Shown here: positions 1 through 9,682 of the stretch, piece after piece | Numbering within the stretch: the first letter of the stretch is position 1 | Layout: every line of letters starts with the position of its first letter | Assembly (NCBI GenBank): GCA_051891435.1 | Contig: JBJFFE010000072.1 | Span: 8,084 to 72,083, forward strand | DNA: 64,000 nt | Source of the DNA: Clostridia bacterium | GTDB taxonomy: Bacteria; Bacillota; Clostridia; TANB77; CAG-508 | Reading direction: 5' to 3' | The notes under the pieces: generated by a model | Seen by the model: the letters and a program-made list of their open reading frames with translations, nothing else | Told to the model about the DNA's origin: nothing | Databases searched by the model: none | Position numbers and translations under genes: made by a program

Positions 1-198
1 TTAGGAGATATAGCTCAAATTAGTTTTGATGGGCTAAAATATGCACACTCATTAGTAATAGTAAATATTAAGAAACCTATAAATTTAGATAACATATTAA
101 TAGCGTCACACACCTATGATTCATATAATAAACCAATATCTTCTTACAATTTGAGCAAAGTTAGATTTATTCATATTGAAAAAATAAGAATTTGGTGA
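1..198 (+). CDS. 3' end of a gene entering from upstream of the window; C-terminus resembles 'putative amidase domain' proteins
   Basis: Frame 1 is open from base 1 to TGA at 196-198 (LGDIAQISFDGLKYAHSLVIV...ASHTYDSYNKPISSY...RFIHIEKIRIW*). Family guess is from memory of similar C-termini. Confidence 0.4.
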   Translation, partial: LGDIAQISFDGLKYAHSLVIVNIKKPINLDNILIASHTYDSYNKPISSYNLSKVRFIHIEKIRIW

Positions 199-327
199 CA
201 ATTTTATTGTAAAGTAATAAAGCATATGATAAAATACAACAATGAGAAAAGTCTGAAGTTACATATGCTTAATAAATGACTTTTAAGGGTATTATAAATA
301 TGAATTAGTGATAGTGGAGGATTTCCA

Positions 328-894
328 GTGAATAAAACAAAAAGAAGAATTTTTAATACTGCTATAAAAATATTTTCAGAAAAAGGTTATGATAATTCAA
401 GTGTAGAGGAAATAACAGCAATTGCAGGGGTTGCAAAAGGGTCATTGTATTATCATTTCTCTAAAAAAGAAGATATTTTTGATATGCTTTTAGATGAAGG
501 ATTAAAATTATTAAAAAATAATATTGAAATTAAAACAAAAGACTGCACAACTGCATTGGAAAAAATAAAAGCAGTTATATTAATACAAATAAAAATTAGT
601 GTAAAATATGAAGATTTTCTTAATGTTGTTTTATCTCAAATATGGGGAGAAGAAGAAAAAAATAAAAAATGTAAAAAAGCAGTTTTTGAGTATATAAAAA
701 TAATTGAGAAAATTATAAAAGAAGGTATTGAAAACAACGAATTTTATGATGGAAATGTAGAAGCAATTGCATCCGGTATTGTTGGTGTTACAGCTTCAAG
801 TTTAATTTTTAGATTAAAAAAGAATAGAGAAGTTGATGTTCAGAGTGTATATGATGGGTTTATTAATACAGTAGTCAGAGGAATTAGTAAATAA
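328..894 (+). CDS. TetR/AcrR family transcriptional regulator
   Basis: GTG start with GGAGG 7 nt upstream. N-terminal TetR HTH (FNTAIKIFSEKGYDNSSVEEITAIAGVAKGSLYYHFSKKEDIF). Confidence 0.85.
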   Translation: MNKTKRRIFNTAIKIFSEKGYDNSSVEEITAIAGVAKGSLYYHFSKKEDIFDMLLDEGLKLLKNNIEIKTKDCTTALEKIKAVILIQIKISVKYEDFLNVVLSQIWGEEEKNKKCKKAVFEYIKIIEKIIKEGIENNEFYDGNVEAIASGIVGVTASSLIFRLKKNREVDVQSVYDGFINTVVRGISK

Positions 895-1005
895 AACATA
901 AGAAAATATATCTATTATTTTAAAGAAACTGACCACTCAGACTAAAGACATTTTAATTTTTTTGTGATATAACTATATAAACTAAAAGAATGAAAGAGGT
1001 TATTT

Positions 1006-2730
1006 ATGAAAGATGTAAAAATTTTTAAAGCAACAGAATTTAAAAACATTAAGGAAATTATTTATAATTCTGTAAAATTATATGGTGAAAAAGCTGCATA
1101 TGTAATAAAACATAAAGAAAAAAAGGAAGTTGTTTACGAGAACATAACATATAAAAAATTATTAGAAGATGTAAATAAACTTGGAACAGCTTTTTTTGAT
1201 ATGGGATTTCAAAAAAAGAGAATTGCTATAATAGGAAAAAATAGATATGAGTGGGCATTGGCACATCTAGCAAATATGTTAGGAGGAATAATATCAGTTC
1301 CACTAGATAAAGACTTACAATATGACGAATTAGAAAATTCACTAATAAGAAGTAAAGCAGAATGTATAGTTTTTGATGAAAAATTAGCAGACCAAATATC
1401 AGAAATTGAAAAGAACGGGAAAACAAATTTAAAAGAATTTATATGTATGAGTAAAATTGATGGAAGAACATCAGTGCAACAACTTGTTAGTAAAGGAGAA
1501 GACTTACTAAAACAGGGTAAAAAAGAATATTTAGATGTAAAAATAGATGAAAATACAATGAGTATATTATTATTTACATCTGGAACCACATCAAGCTCAA
1601 AAGCTGTAATGCTTTCTCAAAAAAATATTGCATCTAATATATACGCAATGCAACGTGTAGAAGATATTAGAAGCACAGATACAAATATAGCATTTTTACC
1701 ATTTCACCATATATTTGGTTCAACATGTATGATAATGATGCTTGCTCAAGGTGTAAAAACAGTATTTCCAGATGGTTTAAGATACATAAAACAAAACCTA
1801 AACGAGTATAAAGTATCGTTATTTGTTGGTGTACCCGTTCTAGTAGAAGCTATTTATAAAACAATAATGAAGGAAATAGACAAGCAGGGAAAAACTAAAT
1901 TAATAAAAACTGCTATGAAAATAAGTAACTTCTTAATGAAACTTCATATTGATGTAAGAAGAAAATTATTTAAACAAGTATTAGATGCACTTGGTGGAGA
2001 GCTAAGACTAGTTATTTCTGGTGGAGCTCCTGCAGATCCACAAATTTCAAAAGGCTTTACTGATTTAGGTGTAGATATAATTCAAGGATATGGCTTAACT
2101 GAAACAGCTCCTGTTATATGTGCTGAAACGAAAGTAGCACTAAGGAACGGTTCTGTTGGTGTTCCAATGTTAAATGATACAATTGAAATTGAAAATCCAG
2201 ACGAAAACGGAATAGGGGAAATAAAAATAAAAGGACCAAACGTAATGCTAGGTTATTATGAGATGCCAGAAGAAACAAATGCAGTTTTACAAGATGGATG
2301 GTTTTATACAGGTGACTTAGGATATTTTGACAAAGACGGATTTTTATTTATAACTGGTAGAAATAAAAATATGATAGTACTAAAAAATGGTAAAAAAGTA
2401 TTCCCTGAAGAATTAGAAACACTAGTAAATAGAATTGATCTAGTAGAAGAATCTATGGTTTTTGGTTTACCAGATGAAAAAGATAAAAATGATGTTATGC
2501 TATCTGTAAAGATTGTATATAATGAAGAAGAAGCCAAGGAAAAATATGAAGGAAAAACAGAAAAAGAACTATATGAGATAATATGGAACAAAATAAAAGA
2601 ATTAAACAAAACTTTTCCAAGGTATAAACATATTCAAAAAATGATATTAACAAAAGAAGAATTAATAAAAACTACAACCAAGAAAGTAAAAAGACAAGAA
2701 GAAATGAAAAGGATATTGGCAGAAATTTAA
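1006..2730 (+). CDS. AMP-dependent synthetase/ligase (long-chain fatty acid-CoA ligase-like)
   Basis: AMP-binding motifs LLFTSGTTSSSKAVMLSQKN, GYGLTETAP, GWFYTGDLG; 574 aa; follows the TetR gene. Confidence 0.85.
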   Translation: MKDVKIFKATEFKNIKEIIYNSVKLYGEKAAYVIKHKEKKEVVYENITYKKLLEDVNKLGTAFFDMGFQKKRIAIIGKNRYEWALAHLANMLGGIISVPLDKDLQYDELENSLIRSKAECIVFDEKLADQISEIEKNGKTNLKEFICMSKIDGRTSVQQLVSKGEDLLKQGKKEYLDVKIDENTMSILLFTSGTTSSSKAVMLSQKNIASNIYAMQRVEDIRSTDTNIAFLPFHHIFGSTCMIMMLAQGVKTVFPDGLRYIKQNLNEYKVSLFVGVPVLVEAIYKTIMKEIDKQGKTKLIKTAMKISNFLMKLHIDVRRKLFKQVLDALGGELRLVISGGAPADPQISKGFTDLGVDIIQGYGLTETAPVICAETKVALRNGSVGVPMLNDTIEIENPDENGIGEIKIKGPNVMLGYYEMPEETNAVLQDGWFYTGDLGYFDKDGFLFITGRNKNMIVLKNGKKVFPEELETLVNRIDLVEESMVFGLPDEKDKNDVMLSVKIVYNEEEAKEKYEGKTEKELYEIIWNKIKELNKTFPRYKHIQKMILTKEELIKTTTKKVKRQEEMKRILAEI

Positions 2731-2739
2731 AATTTGTAA

Positions 2740-2761
2740 GGGCAGGGTTTCACCCCTGCCC
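2740..2761 (+). terminator. GC-rich hairpin after the CoA-ligase gene
   Basis: GGGCAGGG-tttcac-CCCTGCCC, 8-bp stem, 10 nt after the stop. Lies between convergent genes. Confidence 0.6.
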
Positions 2762-2797
2762 GAATTAATTAATTCCATTAAAACATAAAATTTTTAT

Positions 2798-3337
2798 TTA
2801 ATAAATCACGGCTGTTGGCACATATGTATCATCTGGAGGAGAAACTTGTGCATCTTCTGGCTCATCTACAGTAGAAATTTTTGTAATTTTAAGAATTGGA
2901 ATTTCTCCGTGATAATTTCCTTTTTCAATAGTGCCTGTAATTTCAATCCAAGTTCCATCTGCAAAATTTTTAGCATCTTTATATGAACATAAAAAACCTA
3001 CTACTAAGGTTTCATTGTAATGGCTAGTTTGCATGTCTCTTGCTAATACAAATTTATCTTCTTCAAAATCAGAGTTCCTATAAACATATCCGGTAAAGCA
3101 AATATTTTGCCCAATATAATCATCTAAATTTTCATAAACAGATTTTAAAACATTGGTATAATTGTTTGCTTCAATAACTGAAACCTCTGGAGCAGGCATT
3201 TCATCACGCACTCTAAAACTTTCTGATAAAATTTTATAAATTGAAATAATAAAGAAAATAGTAATAATAATAGCCATAATTATAAATACTATTTTAACAA
3301 TATTTTTTGAATTTAATTTAACATTACAAACAAACAT
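2798..3337 (-). CDS. membrane-anchored hypothetical protein (C-terminal domain reminiscent of DUF1980/TIGR03943-type proteins)
   Basis: One N-terminal TM helix (IVKIVFIIMAIIITIFFIISIY) followed by a soluble domain. Family similarity is weak and from memory. Confidence 0.6.
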   Translation of the reverse strand: MFVCNVKLNSKNIVKIVFIIMAIIITIFFIISIYKILSESFRVRDEMPAPEVSVIEANNYTNVLKSVYENLDDYIGQNICFTGYVYRNSDFEEDKFVLARDMQTSHYNETLVVGFLCSYKDAKNFADGTWIEITGTIEKGNYHGEIPILKITKISTVDEPEDAQVSPPDDTYVPTAVIY

Positions 3338-3448
3338 TAGATCCTCCCTTTATATTACATTAAAATTTTATTCCTTTTATTGCAATATATGCTAATTCGT
3401 GATATATTATGAAAATGAATTAAAAAAAGAAAGGATGATTTATTCGCC

Positions 3449-6196
3449 ATGGGATTAATGAGTAAAGTATTTGGAACTTACAGTGAAAGAGAAGTAAAAA
3501 GAGTAAAACCTCTTGTAAATAAAATAAACAGTTTAGAACCAGAAATGCAAAAACTAACTGATGTAGAATTAAAAGAAAAAACAAATGAATTTAAAAATAG
3601 ATTAGAAAATGGAGAAACCTTAGACGATTTGCTTCCAGAAGCTTTTGCAGTTGTAAGAGAAGCATCAAATAGAGTACTTGGGATGAGACATTTTGATGTG
3701 CAATTAATAGGTGGAATTATTCTTCACCAAGGTAGAATTGCGGAAATGAAAACAGGAGAAGGAAAAACACTTGTTGCAACACTTCCAGTTTACTTAAATG
3801 CTTTAACAGGAAAAGGTGTACACGTAGTTACAGTAAACGATTATTTAGCAAAAAGAGATAGCGAATGGATGGGTAAATTATATAAATTTTTAGGATTATC
3901 TGTTGGATTAGTTATTGCTGGTATGAAACCAGAACAAAAAAGAGAAGCTTATAATTCAGACGTAACTTATGGAACAAATAATGAATTTGGATTTGATTAT
4001 TTAAGAGATAACATGGTTATATATAAAAATCAACTAGTTCAAAGAGAATTAAATTATGCTATTGTTGACGAGATAGACAGTATCTTAATAGATGAGGCAC
4101 GTACACCACTTATTATTTCAGGAACAGCTGAGGCATCATCAGACTTGTACAAAAAAGCAAATGATTTTGTAAAAAGATTACAATCAAAAGTTTTAGTAGA
4201 AGAAGATGTAAAAGATGAAGAACAAGCAGAAGATAATGAAAAATATGATTATATTATAGATTTAAAAGCAAAATCAGCAACACTAACAGCTAAAGGTATA
4301 AAAAAAGCAGAAGATTATTTTAAACTAGAAAATTTAAATGATATAGATAACTCAGAAATAGTTCATCATATAAACCAAGCATTAAAAGCTAATGGAATAA
4401 TGAAAAAAGATATTGACTACATAGTAAAAGATGGAGAAGTTTTGATTGTAGATGAATTTACAGGAAGAATTATGTATGGAAGAAGATACAATGATGGACT
4501 TCATCAAGCAATTGAGGCTAAAGAAAATGTAAAAATTGCAAATGAATCTAAAACATTAGCAACAATTACTTTCCAAAACTATTTTAGAATGTATGATAAA
4601 CTTTCTGGTATGACTGGTACTGCCATGACAGAAGAAGACGAATTTAGAGAAATATATAATTTGGATGTTATTAGTATACCAACAAATAAGCCAATGATAA
4701 GGGTAGATAATAATGATATTATTTACAAAAATGAACGTGCTAAATTTAAGGCAGTAGTAAATGATATTAAAGAAAGTTATCAAAAAGGGCAACCAGTATT
4801 AGTTGGTACTGTTTCCATCGAAAATTCCGAAAAATTAAGCAATATCTTAAATAAAGAAGGAATTAAACATCAAGTTTTAAATGCAAAATATCACGAAAAA
4901 GAAGCACAAATCATAGCGCAAGCAGGTAAATATGGAGCAGTTACAATAGCAACAAATATGGCTGGGCGTGGTACGGATATTATGCTTGGTGGTAACACAG
5001 AATTCATGGCTAAACAAGAAATGAGAAAACAAGGAGTAAGCGAAGAATTAATAGAACAATCTACAACTCATAACGAAACAACTGATGAAGATGTTTTAAA
5101 TGCTAGAAAATTATTTAATGAATTAGAAAGCAAAATGGCAGACAGCATAAAGGAAGAAAAAGAAAAAGTAATTGCTGCTGGTGGTTTAAAGATAATTGGT
5201 ACCGAAAGACATGAATCAAGAAGAATTGATAATCAGCTTCGTGGACGTAGTGGACGTCAAGGAGATATTGGTGAATCTAGATTTTATATAGCCCTTGATG
5301 ATGACCTAATGAAAATATTCGGTGGAGATATGATTACAAATCTTTATAATACTTTAAAAGCAGATGAAGATATGCCAATACAAGCAGGATTTTTATCTAA
5401 AGCAGTTGAAACAGCTCAAAAGAAAGTAGAAGGCAAACACTTTAGCATAAGAAAACATGTATTGCAATATGATGATGTAATGAACGTACAAAGAGAAATT
5501 ATTTATAAACAAAGAAGAGAAGTTTTAGATGGTAAAAACTTAAAAGACTATATTTCAAATATGATGAATTCAGTGGCTCAAAATATAGTATTTGCTCATA
5601 TGAATGGAGAAGAAGGAGCTAACCCAGAAGGACTATTATTAGATGCTAAAAACATTTTAAATATTGAAACAATTGATAGCATCAACTCAAATGATACACA
5701 AAAAATTATTGAAGAGTTAGAAAACAAAGTACATGAAATGTATAGCAAAAAAGAAACTGAATTTGGAGAAAATGATTTAAGAGAATTAGAAAGAGTAGTT
5801 CTTTTAAAAGTAGTTGACCAAAAATGGATGAACCATATAGATGCAATGGACGAATTAAAAAATGGTATAGGCTTAAGAGCATATGGTCAAAAAAATCCAG
5901 TTGACCAATACAGAGCAGAAGGTTCTGAAATGTTTGAACAAATGGTAGACGACATAAAAACTGATGTTGTAAAAATATTATTACATTTAAACAAAGTAAC
6001 TAAAGTAGAAAGAACATCTAATGTAAAAATAACAAGCCAAGGACTTGAAGGAGTAAATACAGGAGTACCTCAAACAGCAAAGCCAAACACAACAGTAAAC
6101 CGTACACCAGTAAAAAATGATGGACCACAAATAGGAAGAAACGACCCTTGCCCATGTGGCTCAGGTAAAAAGTATAAGAACTGTTGTGGAAAGTAA
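3449..6196 (+). CDS. secA: preprotein translocase ATPase SecA
   Basis: 915 aa with DEAD-motor motifs ([44 protein letters not shown]). C-terminal zinc-binding tail [15 protein letters not shown]. Confidence 0.97.
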   Translation: MGLMSKVFGTYSEREVKRVKPLVNKINSLEPEMQKLTDVELKEKTNEFKNRLENGETLDDLLPEAFAVVREASNRVLGMRHFDVQLIGGIILHQGRIAEMKTGEGKTLVATLPVYLNALTGKGVHVVTVNDYLAKRDSEWMGKLYKFLGLSVGLVIAGMKPEQKREAYNSDVTYGTNNEFGFDYLRDNMVIYKNQLVQRELNYAIVDEIDSILIDEARTPLIISGTAEASSDLYKKANDFVKRLQSKVLVEEDVKDEEQAEDNEKYDYIIDLKAKSATLTAKGIKKAEDYFKLENLNDIDNSEIVHHINQALKANGIMKKDIDYIVKDGEVLIVDEFTGRIMYGRRYNDGLHQAIEAKENVKIANESKTLATITFQNYFRMYDKLSGMTGTAMTEEDEFREIYNLDVISIPTNKPMIRVDNNDIIYKNERAKFKAVVNDIKESYQKGQPVLVGTVSIENSEKLSNILNKEGIKHQVLNAKYHEKEAQIIAQAGKYGAVTIATNMAGRGTDIMLGGNTEFMAKQEMRKQGVSEELIEQSTTHNETTDEDVLNARKLFNELESKMADSIKEEKEKVIAAGGLKIIGTERHESRRIDNQLRGRSGRQGDIGESRFYIALDDDLMKIFGGDMITNLYNTLKADEDMPIQAGFLSKAVETAQKKVEGKHFSIRKHVLQYDDVMNVQREIIYKQRREVLDGKNLKDYISNMMNSVAQNIVFAHMNGEEGANPEGLLLDAKNILNIETIDSINSNDTQKIIEELENKVHEMYSKKETEFGENDLRELERVVLLKVVDQKWMNHIDAMDELKNGIGLRAYGQKNPVDQYRAEGSEMFEQMVDDIKTDVVKILLHLNKVTKVERTSNVKITSQGLEGVNTGVPQTAKPNTTVNRTPVKNDGPQIGRNDPCPCGSGKKYKNCCGK

Positions 6197-6263
6197 TACA
6201 TAACTCCATAAATAAAGTAGTTTAAAAAGAAAAAATAATGATTTAAATTTTTAAGAGGTTATT

Positions 6264-6899
6264 ATGGAATTTTTATTTACATTTATAGAAGGTTTTGCAA
6301 GTTTTATATCTCCATGCTTATTGCCAATGATACCTATTTATATTTCATATTTTGCAGGAAAAAATGATAAAAAAATTAGTAAAACACTAATAAACGCGTG
6401 TGGATTTGTTTTAGGTTTTACAGCTGTATTTATTTTATTAGCTATTTTTGCAAGTGAACTTGGAATAATACTTAGTGAGAATATTAAATATATAAAAATT
6501 ATTTTTGGAATAATAATTATTCTTCTAGGTTTAAACTATATGGAAGTTCTTAAAATTAATTTTTTAAATAAAACTCATATTAAGAAATCAGATAGTAAAA
6601 ATTTAAATTTTATAAAGTCTTTTGTTTTTGGAATTCTATTTTCTATTAGTTGGACACCCTGTATTGGAACCTTCCTAAGTTCAGCCCTTTTAATGGTTGC
6701 AAAAGAGCAAGAAATGCTTAAAGGTATTTTACTTATGCTTGCGTATTCAATCGGATTAGGGATACCTTTTATAATATCAGCAATACTAATAGAAAAACTA
6801 AAAGAAGTTTTTAATTTTATAAAAAAGAATTATAAAATTGTTAAAAAAATATCTGGAGTAATATTGATTTTAATGGGAATATATATGTTCATATCTTAG
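6264..6899 (+). CDS. ccdA: cytochrome c biogenesis protein CcdA / DsbD-family thiol-disulfide electron transporter
   Basis: Six-TM protein with the two conserved Cys motifs (FISPCLLPMIP and SWTPCIGT). Confidence 0.85.
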   Translation: MEFLFTFIEGFASFISPCLLPMIPIYISYFAGKNDKKISKTLINACGFVLGFTAVFILLAIFASELGIILSENIKYIKIIFGIIIILLGLNYMEVLKINFLNKTHIKKSDSKNLNFIKSFVFGILFSISWTPCIGTFLSSALLMVAKEQEMLKGILLMLAYSIGLGIPFIISAILIEKLKEVFNFIKKNYKIVKKISGVILILMGIYMFIS

Positions 6900-6912
6900 A
6901 ACGGAGGTATCA

Positions 6913-7362
6913 ATGAGAAATAAAATTATTTTAATAGTATTAATTATTGCTTTTATTGGTATAATGTTGTTATTAAATAATGTTTTACAAAACAAAACAG
7001 ATAAAAAACTTTTTTCGGAAAATGTAGCTTTAGATAATCAAGAGGAGGTAAAAGAAATGGTTATTAAGGTAAATAGTGAAAATTTTGAAACAGAGGTTTT
7101 AAATAGTGAGAAAACCGTATTAATTGATTTTTATGCAGATTGGTGTGGACCTTGCAAAATGTTGTCTCCAATAGTAGAACAAGTTGCAAGTGAAAATACT
7201 AATGTGAAAGTAGTTAAAATAAATATAGATGATGAACAAGACTTAGCAATAAATTATGGTGTAATGTCTATTCCTACATTAGTAGTAATAAAAAACGGAC
7301 AAGAAACAGATAGAGTTGTGGGATTAATTGAAAAAAGCGAAGTAGAGAAACTTATAAAATAA
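6913..7362 (+). CDS. membrane-anchored thioredoxin
   Basis: N-terminal TM helix plus thioredoxin fold with WCGPC active site. 13 nt downstream of ccdA. Confidence 0.88.
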   Translation: MRNKIILIVLIIAFIGIMLLLNNVLQNKTDKKLFSENVALDNQEEVKEMVIKVNSENFETEVLNSEKTVLIDFYADWCGPCKMLSPIVEQVASENTNVKVVKINIDDEQDLAINYGVMSIPTLVVIKNGQETDRVVGLIEKSEVEKLIK

Positions 7363-7380
7363 TGTAACAAGGTGATAGTA

Positions 7381-7566
7381 ATGAATGGTTATAGAATAAA
7401 TCCTGATATAGAATATGTTAATAAAATAATAAATGGTCTAATGAAGAAAAATGGACATTGCCCATGTAAAGTAGGGGAATTAGAAAAAAATTTATGCCCT
7501 TGTAATGAATTTATTGAAACTAAGGTATGCCATTGTAAACTGTTTATACCAGAAGAGAAAGATTAA
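7381..7566 (+). CDS. ferredoxin-thioredoxin reductase catalytic-subunit-like small protein
   Basis: CPC...CPC...CHC Cys pattern (HCPCKVGELEKNLCPCNEFIETKVCHCKLF). ATG 7381 is preferred over ORF-track GTG 7372 because AAGGTGAT lies 5 nt upstream. Confidence 0.7.
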   Translation: MNGYRINPDIEYVNKIINGLMKKNGHCPCKVGELEKNLCPCNEFIETKVCHCKLFIPEEKD

Positions 7567-7579
7567 TTGAGGTGAATAT

Positions 7580-8684
7580 ATGTTAGAATTAGAAGAAAAC
7601 AAACGTAATTTAAATTCTTTAGAAGAAAAAGTAAAAAGTGTAGGTGATTCACTTTGACATTGCTAGTTTAGAAAATAAATTAGTAAGTTTACAAGAAGAA
7701 ACAAATAAACTCGGTTTTTGGGATGACATTAAAAAATCTACTGCAGTTTTATCTGAATTAAAAACAGTCCAAAATAAAGTAAATAAATACAATAAAATAA
7801 AAGAAAATCTTCAAAATTTATTAGATTTAAATGAATTATTAAACCTAGAACAAGATGCAGAATTAGTAAAAGATCTATTAAAAGATACTATAAAATTAGA
7901 AAATGAAGTTGAAAGCTTAGAAATTGAAACTTTATTCTGCGGTAAATATGACAAAAATAATGCGATTTTAACCATTCATCCAGGTGCAGGAGGAACAGAG
8001 TCTCAAGACTGGGCAGAAATGCTATACAGAATGTACTCAAAATGGGCAGCAAGTAATGGATTTGATTTAAAAGAACTAGATTACTTAGAAGGTGACGAAG
8101 CAGGGCTAAAAAGCGTTACATTTTTAATTTCTGGAACAAATGCTTATGGATATTTAAAATCAGAAATGGGAGTACATAGATTAGTTAGAATATCACCTTT
8201 TGACGCTGGTGGAAGAAGGCATACATCATTTGCTTCATTAGAGGTTTTGCCAGAAATAACTGAAGATATTGAAATAGAAATAAACCCAGATGATTTAAGA
8301 GTTGATACATATAGAGCATCCGGAGCAGGAGGGCAACATATAAATAAGACTTCTTCTGCTGTTAGAATAACCCATATTCCTACAAATATTGTAGTAGCTT
8401 GCCAATCTGAGCGTTCTCAAATTCAAAACAGAGAAACAGCAATGAAAATGCTAAAATCTAAACTATTTGAATTAAAAGAGAAAGAGCAAAAGGACAAGAT
8501 AGAGGATTTAAAAGGAACACAAATGGACATTGCTTGGGGAAGCCAAATTCGTTCGTATGTATTTTGCCCCTATACTCTTGTAAAAGACCACAGAACAGGT
8601 TATGAAGTAGGAAATGTGCAAGCAGTAATGGATGGGGACTTAAACGGGTTCATATATGCGTACTTAAGACAAAATTTGACATAA
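7580..8684 (+). CDS. prfB: peptide chain release factor 2, requires programmed +1 frameshift
   Basis: ATG 7580 opens a 25-codon frame (MLELEENKRNLNSLEEKVKSVGDSL) ending at in-frame TGA 7655-7657. The main body is in +1 (ORF-track 7644..8684), with SPF and GGQ motifs (RISPFDAGGRRHTSF, RASGAGGQHINK). Confidence 0.95.
7643..7658 (+). promoter_or_regulatory. prfB autoregulatory +1 frameshift site
   Basis: GGTGAT (SD-like) - TCA - CTT TGA C; same architecture as the canonical AGGGGG-UAU-CUU-UGA-C. Confidence 0.9.
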
Positions 8685-8704
8685 AAAGAAAAAAGTGTTA
8701 TAAT
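8676..8704 (+). promoter_or_regulatory. consensus sigma-A promoter overlapping the prfB stop codon
   Basis: TTGACA (8676-8681), 17-nt spacer, TATAAT (8699-8704), with TG extension at 8696-8697. Confidence 0.75.
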
Positions 8705-8710
8705 AGATTT

Positions 8711-9172
8711 ATGTTAAGCGGAAGCTTCAACAAATTTAACAAGAAAGGATTTGCAATCGATGCTAAATCGGTATCCTACAGGATTTGTCTAGCAAATAGA
8801 CATTCTAGTCACCAGACATGCAAAACTAAGATGTAACGCCATATAAATTGAGGAGAAACAAAACAACAACCCCTCACCGCCCACTAGGCTCATACCACAT
8901 ATGCGCCGCAGAATGCGACGTCAGAGGGATGCCAACAAAGGGCATTGTGCCACAGGGGGACCAAAAATATTCTCTTCAGGGAGGTTAGAGTGAATTATGC
9001 GGTTCACGACAGGTTTTACCTAGTAATCCTAGCAATATTTCTAAACAAAGCAAAGGAGTAACAAAAAATGCGGAGTTTTTCAACTGGTTTCGTCTAGTTA
9101 CTCTAGACAAATCTAAAAAATTCTTGTAAAATGCGCCGGCCCCAGACTGGGACCGGCGTACTTTTTGTCTTT
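8711..9172 (+). ncRNA. candidate ~460-nt structured non-coding RNA of unknown family
   Basis: Bounded by the consensus promoter and a strong intrinsic terminator. No ORF of 60 aa or more on either strand. Locally much more G+C than flanking DNA. Several short hairpins and tandem ~71-nt modules. Confidence 0.6.
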
Positions 9173-9173
9173 T
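9133..9173 (+). terminator. intrinsic terminator of the candidate ncRNA
   Basis: CGCCGG(c)CCC-loop-GGG(a)CCGGCG stem (9134-9158) followed by TACTTTTTGTCTTTT. Confidence 0.8.
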
Positions 9174-9197
9174 ATAAAATTAATATATATAAATTGT

Positions 9198-9275
9198 GTA
9201 GGGGCTGCAGTCCTCGGCAGCCCGTAAGAATGTGAAATATACATTCTGCGGGTCGCCCAGGAGTGCGACCCCTAC
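9198..9275. repeat. GC-rich compound palindromic repeat (three consecutive hairpins), copy 1
   Basis: GTAGGGG...CCCCTAC ends enclose GGGCTGC/GCAGCCC, AGAATGT/ACATTCT and GGGTCGC/GCGACCC hairpins. Reverse complement aligns with 26421-26505. Confidence 0.8.
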
Positions 9276-9376
9276 AATTTTTTTGAAAACAATATATAAT
9301 TAACACATTTTTGTTCTAAACTAGACAAGTTCTGAATATTATATCATATACCAATAAATTAAGGAGTGTTAGATAT

Positions 9377-9673
9377 ATGGTGTATGAAGATAAAAAAACT
9401 ATGACTAGTAATGTTATTCAAAATTTAATATTAGAGAACCGAGAAAAGTTAAATATAACAGGAGTTTTAGATGTATTAAGTTTTGATGACCAAATAGTTA
9501 TAGTTGAAACTGAACTTGGATTACTTACTGTTAAAGGAGATAATTTAAGAATTAATAAATTAAGTACAGATACCGAGGAAGTATGTGTAGAAGGTAATAT
9601 CTTTAATTTATCTTATTCGGAGAAAAGTAACGTAGGTAAAGAAGGCTCGTTCTTTAGTAAGATATTTAAATAA
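9377..9673 (+). CDS. yabP: sporulation protein YabP
   Basis: 98 aa, AAGGAG RBS. Characteristic NREKLNITGV...SFDDQIVIVETELGLLTVKGDNLRINKL pattern, followed by yabQ and divIC as in Bacillus/Clostridium. Confidence 0.85.
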   Translation: MVYEDKKTMTSNVIQNLILENREKLNITGVLDVLSFDDQIVIVETELGLLTVKGDNLRINKLSTDTEEVCVEGNIFNLSYSEKSNVGKEGSFFSKIFK

Positions 9674-9682
9674 GGTGATAAT

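Noticed and set aside
1209-1589. 126-aa and 66-aa minus-strand ORFs inside the CoA-ligase gene
   Set aside because: Antisense shadow ORFs of a gene with clear AMP-binding motifs. The same reasoning applies to 2304..2609, 4556..4792 and 6018..6209.
8901-8993. 30-codon Arg-rich ORF (MRRRMRRQRDANKGHCATGGPKIFSSGRLE) inside the candidate ncRNA
   Set aside because: No Shine-Dalgarno upstream. It uses CGC/CGA/CGT/AGG codons that are otherwise scarce here. The GC-richness is better explained by RNA structure.
9198-9275. Cloverleaf-like three-hairpin element considered as a tRNA or tRNA-like gene
   Set aside because: The stems are 7 bp each with wrong loop sizes. There are no T-loop GTTCRANYC or D-loop motifs. 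The acceptor stem is only 4 bp. A near-identical inverted copy elsewhere fits a repeat element instead.
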